Below, piece by piece: positions 9,541-18,682 of a DNA stretch of 64,000 nucleotides. The DNA is from an uncultured Gemmatimonadales bacterium (GTDB lineage: Bacteria > Gemmatimonadota > Gemmatimonadetes > Gemmatimonadales > GWC2-71-9): positions 1 to 64,000 of the forward strand of contig CAVVKJ010000007.1 of assembly GCA_963748815.1 (NCBI GenBank). Reading direction: 5' to 3'. Numbering within the stretch: position 1 is the first letter of the stretch; the number at the start of each line of letters is the position of its first letter. The notes beneath the pieces are model-generated. The model did no database searches. It saw nothing but the letters and a program-made list of their open reading frames with translations, and was not told where the DNA came from. Both the position numbers and the translations under genes were made by a program.

Positions 9541-10833
9541 CTATTGCACCACTAGCGTCCCAGTGGCGAACGGCCAGTACGGGTCTTCATAGAGGTAGAC
9601 ACCCGGCGTTGTGAACGTCACCGAGAGCCCGTGAACGTCCGCACCGTACCCGAGAGACCCTCCGACAAAAGATGGAACCCCAACCGACGCAATGGCGTGA
9701 TCCTCAAGATCGGAAAACGAGAGCAGCCACGTCATCGTTCCACCGACCGGCAAGGTATCGACCGCGGGGGAGGTGCCATTGCTACGACTGACGAAGCCGA
9801 ACTGCGGACCGGATACATCCAGAATGACGACTGGGATTGGTGGACTGACCGTGAGCGTGAACTCCACGAATGGTGCGCCACCGGAGATCGCTGCCCGCAA
9901 CACTCCCACCCCAGCGGTAGCACCCGGAGCCACCCGCGCGTAGCTCGCCCCTGCCGCCGAAGTCATTGGGGTTCGCGTGGTGATGGACAGTGGGCCACTT
10001 TCAACGGTCCATGTCACCTCCTGACCCTCCACCGGGTTGCCGAATTCATCCGTGACCACAACGCTGACAAAATCGAACAATGGGAGATTGGCGGGTAGAG
10101 TCTGGCTGTCTCCCGCTTCCCTGGTGATTGCCCATCCCGGGAGAGGAAGCGCCGTTGCGGTCAAGATGGCCGGCGGTCCCATTATCCCGGCCGTCGTGGC
10201 TCGGATGGTAGCCGCCCCAGCCAGAGCAGTCAGCGTTCCGGTCGTGGTGGCGATGCCACTGAGATCGGTCACACTTGCGGCAGGGGCCAGCGTCACGTTC
10301 TGCCCGACCCAGTAGACAGTAGCACCCGGAGATGGCACGCCCTCCGAGAGGACGGTCACACTCAGTGGCGTGTCGAGGGTGGAACCGACCAAGGCGGACT
10401 GTCCGTTCGTCAGGGAATCGATCACGATGACGACCAGTGGGAGGGCGGTCGCTGCGAACCTGATCGGCGAACCATCCGTACCTTCGACCGTGGCGTCGAC
10501 CGTCATCGAGCCCGGCGTCGATCCGAGAGTCCAGTAGGCTGTGGCGACGCCTGTCTCGTCGGTGAGGTTCGACGCGATCTGGACACTCCCCGCCGATGCA
10601 ACCCAGCTGACGTTGACCCCGGGCACCGGGACGCCGCCGGAGTCGACCCGGACCTGGAGTGGCCGGGAAAGGGCCAGGCCCCGAAGGGCGGACTGGCCCG
10701 TGCCGCCGGGAATCGCCGTGGCGGTCAGTGCTGGACCGGCGGTGGTGCCGGGGCCGTTGTCGTCCACTCCGGCGGAGTCGGCGCAGGCGGCGAGCAAAGC
10801 CACAAGGCCAAGCACCATCTGAGTCGCTTTCAT
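9541..10833 (-). CDS. Lipoprotein with bacterial Ig-like (invasin/Big-1-like) repeats and C-terminal cupredoxin-like domain
   Basis: MKATQMVLGLVALLAAC signal; three GxxQS..L..PL.V.V....TD..G.A...WTLG repeats; ends SVTFTTPGVYLY...GTLVVQ. Confidence 0.75.
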   Translation of the reverse strand: MKATQMVLGLVALLAACADSAGVDDNGPGTTAGPALTATAIPGGTGQSALRGLALSRPLQVRVDSGGVPVPGVNVSWVASAGSVQIASNLTDETGVATAYWTLGSTPGSMTVDATVEGTDGSPIRFAATALPLVVIVIDSLTNGQSALVGSTLDTPLSVTVLSEGVPSPGATVYWVGQNVTLAPAASVTDLSGIATTTGTLTALAGAATIRATTAGIMGPPAILTATALPLPGWAITREAGDSQTLPANLPLFDFVSVVVTDEFGNPVEGQEVTWTVESGPLSITTRTPMTSAAGASYARVAPGATAGVGVLRAAISGGAPFVEFTLTVSPPIPVVILDVSGPQFGFVSRSNGTSPAVDTLPVGGTMTWLLSFSDLEDHAIASVGVPSFVGGSLGYGADVHGLSVTFTTPGVYLYEDPYWPFATGTLVVQ

Positions 10834-10885
10834 CCGGCAGCTCCTTGGGCTGACACAATTGGTATCGACAACTTGCGATCGCAGA

Positions 10886-12113
10886 TCATCGCACCACGAC
10901 GGTGCCCGAATCGGCCGGGCCGTACAACGCGGTGTAGCGGTACTCGCCCGGCGCGGGAAAGATCGCGCTGTAGGTCGCGGGGGAGTAACCGAACAGGCCT
11001 CCAGCGAAGGAGGGAGTTCCGATGGAGAGAATGCCCTGTTCGTCATAGTTGTAGTCATTGCTCAACCAGAGCCAAGCCATGCTGCCTCCCACCGAGATGG
11101 TATCGACTGCCGGGACAGAGCCGTTCCGCGCACTCGAGAACTCCCCGCTCCGCTGATCGAGGACTGCAAATGGCAGCGGCGGAGTCGAAGTCAGCGCAAA
11201 GTCCACCGACAACGGCCCGGCGGTGGTGGCACGCACGACGGCACTCCCGGGCACGCCGGTCGGCACCACGCGCCCCCAGACGGTGCCTTGCGATTGCGGC
11301 AACACGCTCACTGGACCGCTGACTACTGACCAGGCGATATCGGAGGGGTACACATCGTTTCCGAACCGGTCGGACCCGTGTACCCGCAACGTTCCGAATT
11401 CCGGGAAGTTCGCTGGAAGCGACTGGCCGTCCCCCCACAGCCCGACAAAGTCCACCGCTGGACCAGGACGTGCGGTCGCATGAAAGACCAGCGGTGGACC
11501 CACCGTACGGTCCACCGTCGCCATGGCGGCCGCCTGTCCCGCGCCGTGGGGCATCGTCCAGTATGTCGATGTCCGGCCGGCTGCATCGGTGACGCTGGAA
11601 CGGGGGGTGATCGCGCCGTCGGTCGTGCTCCACCGGACGGTGACGCCTTCCGCGGGGCGGCCGGAGGCGTACGCCTGGATGCTCAGTTCGGTCGGCAATG
11701 CTGCCCCGACCTCGCCACTCTGGTTGTCGGTGCTGGCAATGACGGAGGCCGTCACCCAGCCGAGCGCGGTCGCAGCGAATACCACAGGCGAGCCCTGCGC
11801 ACCTCGGACCGACGCGGTGACGGTCACCGGCCCGGGTGCGTTGCCGAGTGTCCAGCGCGCAGACGCAACGCCGTCGGAATCGGTGGTGCTCGAGGTAATT
11901 GTCAAGGCACCCGAGGTGGTCGCCCAGAGCACCGCGGCTCCGGCCACGGCGGTGTCAGCCGAGCGCACCTGCACCCGAAGCGCCCGCGGCAACGTTGTAC
12001 CGACGAGGGCACTCTGACCGTCGCCATCGGGCACGGCCACCGCGGTGATGACCGGGTTGCTGTCGGTCGAGTCGGCGCAGGCCGCGCCAGAGGAGGATGG
12101 CGAAAACCGACAT
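10886..12113 (-). CDS. Paralogous Ig-like repeat lipoprotein; signal peptide separated from the body by an apparent +1 frameshift near 12089
   Basis: MSVFAILL in one frame continues as GAACADSTDSNPVITAVAVPDGDGQSA in the +1 frame. Shares motifs with 9541..10833. Confidence 0.7.
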
Positions 12114-12143
12114 CACCGTACGCCCATTGTCTGCTGTTCGCAA

Positions 12144-13697
12144 TCATGGCAGACCTCGATAGACGAATGGCGGCGGGGCTCCGGCCTCTTGTCGCACTGG
12201 GGATGGGCAGTAGTAGCTCAACAAGCCAGGGCCCGCCCAGTGGCCGCAACCAGGGGTATAGGTGGTCGGCGGTGTGCCGGTGATGATCGGCCCGGTGATG
12301 GTTGATGCATAGATGTGCCCGGAGATGTCACGAAATGTCAGTTTGACGGTCGCCTCGGTGCCCGTGGCCCGATGTCCATCCGCAGCAAAACTATAGAACT
12401 CGTATTCTCCAAAGACTTCGACAAACAAGGGAGTGTCCTGCCCTTCTGGAACTGAGACGCCGTAGGCGAAGGCCCGAGGAAACGGAGATTGCAGGCCGGG
12501 AACAGTCAGAATCTCGAACCCCACGACTTGGAGGCCTCCTCCACCGGGGGCCTCGGCAACAACGAGTTGCGGCGCGTACCCCCAATACCCGGATCCTGGT
12601 GCGAACTCAAATTCAGTCACCGAGAACGACCTGACGATGACGCGGGGCTGAGTATCTGGTTCGACAAAGGTGATCTGGAGTGTGTCCGACACCCCAATCC
12701 GTCCTGCAGTGTCCGAGACGGTCATCTGGATCGAATAGGTAGAGGGCCCCAGCCACGGCGGGTAACTGTTGAAGTCGAGCGGACGCCCGAGCAGCCACGA
12801 CAGGTCGCCATCCACCCCGGTGAATTCAAACGGAGGATCAACTCCTGTCTCGTCGATGAGAAGGAGACCCAGATGCTCAAGCCCTGCGTCAGAGGTGACC
12901 CGAAAATGAAACTGAGGGAATTCGTAAGGCACCGAATCCCCCGACCTCGGAGTGAAGATCGTCACCACCGGTGGCTGGGGCGGCGGCGGAATCGGCGTGG
13001 CAAGCGTATCAGTGCTGAAATCGGCCAGGAACGACGTCCGCAGCGAATCGCCGCCGAGATCCCTCGCCCCGCGACCGATGCGTATTTGGTGAATCGAGAG
13101 GGGTGCGAGCGTGTCCGCCGGCACGAAGGAAGCGCGCAGTACGAGTCCGGTGTCGGGGAGCAGGCGAATGGTGCCCGAGACCGGCGCGCCTCCCTTCGTC
13201 AAGGCGAAGGCGCCACCCAATGTCGACCGATCCATCGGTTCGCTGAACGCGACCTCGATGGTGTCGGTGGGCGCAACATTTAGCTGATGATCCAGCGGAG
13301 TGGTGCGCACCACGACCGGCGAGGCAGAGCCCGGCACCAGGAGAGTGTAGGAGCTCGAGCCAGCTGATCCTGGCACCACTGCCACGATGGTATCGCCGGC
13401 AACCGCAGCCACCGGAACGGGATCGAAGCCGCCATCGACCAGGTTCACATTGACCGTCGCTCCCGTTCGCACCACGTGCAGGGTGACCGCCGCAGCTGCG
13501 AATGCCCCCGGCGACAGCGAGACATAGGAGGCGGCGGGCCCGCCGGGCGAGGCAGCCACCGGATCAGACACCACGAAGGGAGTGGGGGGCAGCGAAGGCG
13601 GCGGAATCGGCCCCGGGTCCGCCGGCCCCTGGCTGTCTGCGCACCCCGACAGGAGGCCAAGGAGGAGCAGCGCCGGGAGTGCGGGATTGGAATGCAT
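12144..13697 (-). CDS. Lipoprotein with SbsA/Big-5-like Ig domain
   Basis: Lipobox LSGC; PVVVRTTP..NV....IEVAFSEPMD..T....F.P...L motif typical of Big_5; Pro-rich linkers. Confidence 0.7.
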   Translation of the reverse strand: MHSNPALPALLLLGLLSGCADSQGPADPGPIPPPSLPPTPFVVSDPVAASPGGPAASYVSLSPGAFAAAAVTLHVVRTGATVNVNLVDGGFDPVPVAAVAGDTIVAVVPGSAGSSSYTLLVPGSASPVVVRTTPLDHQLNVAPTDTIEVAFSEPMDRSTLGGAFALTKGGAPVSGTIRLLPDTGLVLRASFVPADTLAPLSIHQIRIGRGARDLGGDSLRTSFLADFSTDTLATPIPPPPQPPVVTIFTPRSGDSVPYEFPQFHFRVTSDAGLEHLGLLLIDETGVDPPFEFTGVDGDLSWLLGRPLDFNSYPPWLGPSTYSIQMTVSDTAGRIGVSDTLQITFVEPDTQPRVIVRSFSVTEFEFAPGSGYWGYAPQLVVAEAPGGGGLQVVGFEILTVPGLQSPFPRAFAYGVSVPEGQDTPLFVEVFGEYEFYSFAADGHRATGTEATVKLTFRDISGHIYASTITGPIITGTPPTTYTPGCGHWAGPGLLSYYCPSPVRQEAGAPPPFVYRGLP

Positions 13698-13771
13698 GGC
13701 AATCGACCTCAGGCTGAGTGGAACGACGCGTCGAGGCCAAGTATCGGGGTTCCGTGTGAGCGGGCTGTCCC

Positions 13772-13800
13772 TCGAGCGTCACCTGAGCGTTAATTGAGGG
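13772..13800. promoter_or_regulatory. Putative SARP-binding direct repeats
   Basis: TCGAGCGT, CTGAGCGT and TTGAGGG with GAG cores at 13774, 13785 and 13796 (11-bp period), between the divergent SARP and lipoprotein genes. Confidence 0.5.
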
Positions 13801-13912
13801 AATCGGGTCTCCGAATCGCCGGTCTTGCCCCGATGCGATCCAGGGGCATACTTCAGCGGGTCACTCGATAGCCGTCCGGACCCGCCACTCACCCCTTCAA
13901 TTCCGGTCGCCG

Positions 13913-15091
13913 ATGATCCGATTCAAGCTCCTCGGAGAAATCGACTTACGCGGCGACGGCGGCGCCCAACTCGATCAGCTCCTGCGGCAGCCAAAGCGGC
14001 TGTCGCTGCTGGCCTACCTCGTGGCACCCACACCTGGCACCTGGCACCGCCGGGATACCCTGCTGGGCCTGTTCTGGCCCGAGCAGGACACCACCCACGC
14101 CCGCACTTCGCTCCGTAACGCCCTTTATGTCCTCCGCCAGGCACTCGGCGAGCGGGTCCTTCGGACCCGCGGCGACGAGGAGGTGTCGATCGACCCCGCA
14201 GAGTTGGAGACCGACCTAGCGGAACTGGGGGAGGCGCTCCGGACCGGACGCACCGCCGAGGGACTGGCGCTCTACCAGGGTGACCTCCTCCCCGGGCTCT
14301 TTCCCCCAGACAGCGACGGCTTTCAGCGCTGGCTGGACACCGAGCGCGCCCGACTCAGGATCGAAGTTGCGAAGGCGGGGGTAGAGTGGGCGGCGATCCT
14401 GGAGGGTGAGGGCGGGCTGGAGGAGGCGCGGGATGTTGCACGGCGCATGCTCGAGATCCACCCGGACGACGAGCCCGCCGTCCGCCGGCTGATGGAATTG
14501 CATCGCGCGATGGGAGACCAGGCGGGAGCGCTGGCGGCCTACGAGGAATACCGGAGTCGGCTGGCGCGCGAATACGATGCGGAACCGGCGCCGTCCACAA
14601 GTGCGTTGGCCGAGCAGATGCGGGGGCCGATTGACTCCGGGGCATTTCGTCAGAAACTGCGAAACGATGACCCCGCACCTGGTGATGAACCAATTCTCGC
14701 CCGCGGTGATGATTCAGCGTCCGCGACGGGAACTGGACACCGGAGGCGCACGACCGATTCACGACATCCGGGGCTGCGGCGCGCGCTCATCATCGTCGTC
14801 GGCGTGGTGGCCGTCGCGGTCGTCGGATGGCGGCTCACCCGAACCGACCAGGTGCCCGCGATCGGCAAGACCAGCCCCGTCACCATTGACGAAGGACTGC
14901 AGATCGAACCGGCCATCTCCCCGAATGGTCGATTGGTCGCGTACGCGAGCGGGTCCTCGCAACGGATGCGGATATTCATTCACCGACTGGGCGGCGGCAC
15001 CCCATGGGCCGGCACCACCGCCATGCACTCCACCTCCGTCCGCGCTCCAAGCACCAATCCGCTGCTCCCCAGGGCGCTCCGCGCCGGGTAG
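13913..15091 (+). pseudogene. SARP/BTAD transcriptional regulator with membrane helix and start of a TolB-like propeller; apparently truncated near 15008
   Basis: LLGEIDL..QPKRLSLLAYL..RDTLLGLFWPE winged helix, BTAD (DEPAVRRLM), TM helix and one PD40-like repeat (PAISPNGRLVAY). The frame then runs into the antisense of ridA. Confidence 0.7.
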
Positions 15092-15480
15092 GGCGGCGCG
15101 AACACCTCCTTATATACGGTGTTGAAGGCGCCCCACTCGCCGATGTCGGCGAGGAAGATGGTGCACTTCACCACGTCCCTCAGCGACGCACCGTGCCGCT
15201 CGAGGATCGCGCGGATGTTCTCCAGGACCTGGCGCGACTCGGGTCCGATGCCCCCGGGCACCAGTTCCAGCTTGCCAGGCACATTCCCGATCTGCCCCGA
15301 GACAATCAGCAGATTCCCGACCTGCACCGCCTCCGAAAACGGCATCCCCTTCAGGGCGGAGTCGCCCGCGAGAAAGAACTGCGGAGCCGCGGCCGACGGC
15401 AGGGGCGGAGGCGGCGCCTCACAGCCCAGGGAGACCGCGGTGAGGACGACGAGCGAGAGGACGCGAGTAGCACGACGCAT
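14980..15480 (-). CDS. ridA: RidA/YjgF/UK114-family protein with lipoprotein signal peptide
   Basis: PFSEAV, VSGQIG, VVKCTIFL, FNTVY, YPARS and VEC motifs. N-terminus MRRATRVLSLVVLTAVSLGC with AAAGGAGAG RBS. Confidence 0.88.
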   Translation of the reverse strand: MRRATRVLSLVVLTAVSLGCEAPPPPLPSAAAPQFFLAGDSALKGMPFSEAVQVGNLLIVSGQIGNVPGKLELVPGGIGPESRQVLENIRAILERHGASLRDVVKCTIFLADIGEWGAFNTVYKEVFAPPYPARSALGSSGLVLGARTEVECMAVVPAHGVPPPSR

Positions 15481-15637
15481 GGATGACTCTCCTTTCATGG
15501 CAAATAGACCACCGGATCTGGTGGTGCGCCAGCGGCCCCGCGGAGTCAGCCTCAATTCGGCCAGCCCGCCGTTCGAATGATGTCCCTGCTCTCCTGACTT
15601 CACCGCATCCTGTGGAACCCATTCCCGGGATGCGCTC

Positions 15638-18600
15638 GTGCTCACTGGCAATGTTCTGCAGTCCATTCTCGCCTTGCATGATCTGCCACACTTCGTGGCC
15701 TCCCTCGGCCACGAGCCTCTCTGGGAACCGCTGGATGTCGACGCCCTCGACCTCGGCCGTCGATCCGACCCGCCCCTGGACGCCGCGATCGTGGGCCGCC
15801 TCGGCGGATTCACCTGGTACGCGGTAGCGTCCGAGGACCCGACCCACCAAGCCCCCAGAATTGCCCGGCGGCTGGCCGAGCGCGGGCGCCAGTGCGGCGT
15901 GTTCGGGCTGGACCTTGCAGGGCGGCGATTGGCGGTTTCCGTGGCGTTCGACGGCGCACCGACCCTGACCGTGGACCTCGCGCACCCGAGCCAGCTCGCG
16001 ACGAGTTGTCTCGCACGCATCGGCAGCGCCCAGTCCGGAGGCTCACTCGGCATCGCCTCCCGGACGGCAGAGGCGCTCTCGGGCGCCGGGCTCGGGCGCC
16101 AGTTCTTCGCCGCGTTTCGCGCGACCCTCGACCGGTTCACTGGTGCGCTGCCCGCGGAAATGCCCGAGCGGCACCGCCACGAGTTGGGCTTGCTGCAACT
16201 CACCCGCGTCCTCTTTCTCTACTTCGTCCAGGCAAAGGGGTGGCTCGACGGCTCCGACCACTTTCTGCGTAGCCACGTGGACGACTGTCTCTTCCACCGG
16301 CGGGCCATCCACCGGCACCTCCTCCTCCCGCTCTTCTTCGGCACCCTGAATGAGCCCCCCCAGCGACGGCACGCCGCCGCCCGTGCCTTCGGCGAGATCC
16401 CCTTCCTGAACGGCGGACTGTTCGAACCGCATCCCCTGGAGCGCCGGCATCGACCCGACATTCCCGACGCCACCTGGCGAGACGCCTTCGACACCCTGTT
16501 CGAGCGATACCACTTCACGATCTCGGAGGGCGCACCAGGCAGCATCGCCCCCGACATGCTGGGGCGGGTGTTTGAAGGAGTGATGGAACCGGGCGCCCGG
16601 AAGCAGAGCGGAACGTTCTACACCCCTCGGGCGCTGGTCCGTGGCGTGCTGGACGCAGCGCTGGCGGGTTTCGTCGGCGGGCAGCTCAATATCCCGGAGG
16701 CGGAAGCGGTCCGCCGCCTGGAGGCCGGCGAGGCAAGAGCGGTCCGACTCCTCGAGGATGTCGCCATTCTCGACCCTGCCGCCGGCTCGGGCGCCTTCCT
16801 TCTCGGCGCCCTGGAGCGACTGACCGCGATTCACGCTGCGGCGGGTCGGGCAGTCTCTCCGAGGCAGATCGTCGCGCGCAACCTGTTCGGCGTCGACCTC
16901 AATCCGGCAGCGGTTCGCCTCTGTGAGCTCCGGCTCTGGCTGGCAATCCTCGGCGCAGAGCCCGCCGGCCCACCGGATCATGTGGAGCCGCTCCCGAATC
17001 TCGATGCGTACGTCCGCCAGGGGGACAGCCTCGCCGACCCGCTCCGCCTGGTGTTGCGGCATCCGCTGCGGGCCCCCCGTCATGGAGCCGCGCTCGAGGC
17101 CGCGCGCCGCGCGGCGGCCGTGGCCAGCGGGGTCCCGAAGCGCGAAGCCTTTCGATTGCTCCGCCGCATCGAACTCGACGCTGCGTTGGAGCGACTCGAC
17201 GAGGCGATTCTCGAACGCGAGCGGGACGTCCGCGGTATTCTGGCGGCGGGAAAGGACCCCACCCTCTTCGGTGAACGGCGTGGACTGAACGCGCGCGCAC
17301 GGAGCCTGCTCCGCGTTGCGCGTGGCGAGCTCGCCGCCCTCCGCCGGTCGAGGCGGCAGTTGCGGGAAGAGGGAGTCTCCCCATCGTTTGATTTTGACAT
17401 CCACTTCGGCGAGGTGACGGCGCGGGGCGGATTCGACCTCGTAGTCGGCAACCCGCCGTGGGTTCGCGCCGAGGCGCTGTCGGCAGGGACCCGCGCGGGG
17501 CTCCGGGAGCGGTTCCGCTGGTGGCGCCCAGGGCGCGGGCGCGGGTACAGCCATCAGCCGGACCTCGCGGTGGCCTTCCTGGAGCGGGGGTGGGAATTGA
17601 CCCGGCCCGGCGGGGTCCTGGCCATGCTGGTACCGGCGAAGGTTGCAACGTCCGCCTATGGATCGGCTGCGCGCGCGGCGCTGAGCGAGCGCGGCACCCT
17701 GCTCTCGGTGACTGATCTCACCCGGGATCCGACGGCGGCATTCGAGGCGACGACCTATCCCCTGGCCATCGTCGTCCGGTCGAGTCCGCCACCCGCCGGC
17801 CACCGACCCCACCTTGGACTCAACCCCGCGGCCCGGAGCCAATCGCGCCTCCCTGACAGCCCGGGGGCACCCTGGATCCTCCAATCTGGGGCACTCCAAC
17901 GATCGCTGGCGCTCCTGCGCGGGGTGCCCCGGCTCTCGGAAGCGGTTTCCATTCGACTGGGCGCCAAGACCGGTGCGAACCACCTCTTCCTTTCTCCCGG
18001 GGCGGAGATCGAACCGGAGCTGGTGAGGCCGGTCCTGCGCGGCAAGGACCTCCGTGCATTCAGGGGGAGGCCTTCCAATCGCATCATCTGGACACATGAC
18101 GCGAACGGCGCCGTGCTCACCACGCTTCCGCCCAACGCCAGCCGCCATTTCCACCGTCATCTCGAAACGCTGCGTGCCCGCCGCGACCACGGCGGCCTGG
18201 TGCCGTGGTCGCTCTTTCGCGTCTCGGCCGGCGAACGAGGGCCGCGAGTGGTGTGGCCCGACCTCGCCCAGCGCCTCGAGGCGGTTGCTCTCGTGGAGGC
18301 GGAAGAACTCGAGTGGGTGCCGCTCAACAGTTGCTACGTGGTGTTGACCAGGTCCGCGAATGAAGCACTGGCGCTCTGCGCCTGGCTCAACTCCACATGG
18401 GTCCGGGCGGCGGCTCGCGCAACCGCCGACCCTGCCAGCGGTGGTTACGCCCGATTCAACGCGCGCGCCGTCGGCGGGGTGCCGCTGCCGCCGGACGCGC
18501 TGGCGGACGAACGACTGGTGGCCCTCGCGCACCGCGGCCGCGCCGGGGAGGGAATCCAGGATGAACTCGACGATGTCGTGGGGACGTGGCTCCAGCTCGG

Positions 18601-18682
18601 CGAGCGGGACCGCCGCGTGCTCTCCGAAGTGGTGGGCGTGGGCACCGCGCGTCGTCGCGGAAGGGCTGCGACTGCTCGCTGA
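15638..18682 (+). CDS. Large N6-adenine DNA methyltransferase, Eco57I/Type IIG-like architecture
   Basis: FLNGGLF, LGRVFE, GTFYTP, motif I ILDPAAGSGAFL, motif IV GNPPW and a C-terminal TRD-like region. Confidence 0.88.
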   Translation: MLTGNVLQSILALHDLPHFVASLGHEPLWEPLDVDALDLGRRSDPPLDAAIVGRLGGFTWYAVASEDPTHQAPRIARRLAERGRQCGVFGLDLAGRRLAVSVAFDGAPTLTVDLAHPSQLATSCLARIGSAQSGGSLGIASRTAEALSGAGLGRQFFAAFRATLDRFTGALPAEMPERHRHELGLLQLTRVLFLYFVQAKGWLDGSDHFLRSHVDDCLFHRRAIHRHLLLPLFFGTLNEPPQRRHAAARAFGEIPFLNGGLFEPHPLERRHRPDIPDATWRDAFDTLFERYHFTISEGAPGSIAPDMLGRVFEGVMEPGARKQSGTFYTPRALVRGVLDAALAGFVGGQLNIPEAEAVRRLEAGEARAVRLLEDVAILDPAAGSGAFLLGALERLTAIHAAAGRAVSPRQIVARNLFGVDLNPAAVRLCELRLWLAILGAEPAGPPDHVEPLPNLDAYVRQGDSLADPLRLVLRHPLRAPRHGAALEAARRAAAVASGVPKREAFRLLRRIELDAALERLDEAILERERDVRGILAAGKDPTLFGERRGLNARARSLLRVARGELAALRRSRRQLREEGVSPSFDFDIHFGEVTARGGFDLVVGNPPWVRAEALSAGTRAGLRERFRWWRPGRGRGYSHQPDLAVAFLERGWELTRPGGVLAMLVPAKVATSAYGSAARAALSERGTLLSVTDLTRDPTAAFEATTYPLAIVVRSSPPPAGHRPHLGLNPAARSQSRLPDSPGAPWILQSGALQRSLALLRGVPRLSEAVSIRLGAKTGANHLFLSPGAEIEPELVRPVLRGKDLRAFRGRPSNRIIWTHDANGAVLTTLPPNASRHFHRHLETLRARRDHGGLVPWSLFRVSAGERGPRVVWPDLAQRLEAVALVEAEELEWVPLNSCYVVLTRSANEALALCAWLNSTWVRAAARATADPASGGYARFNARAVGGVPLPPDALADERLVALAHRGRAGEGIQDELDDVVGTWLQLGERDRRVLSEVVGVGTARRRGRAATAR

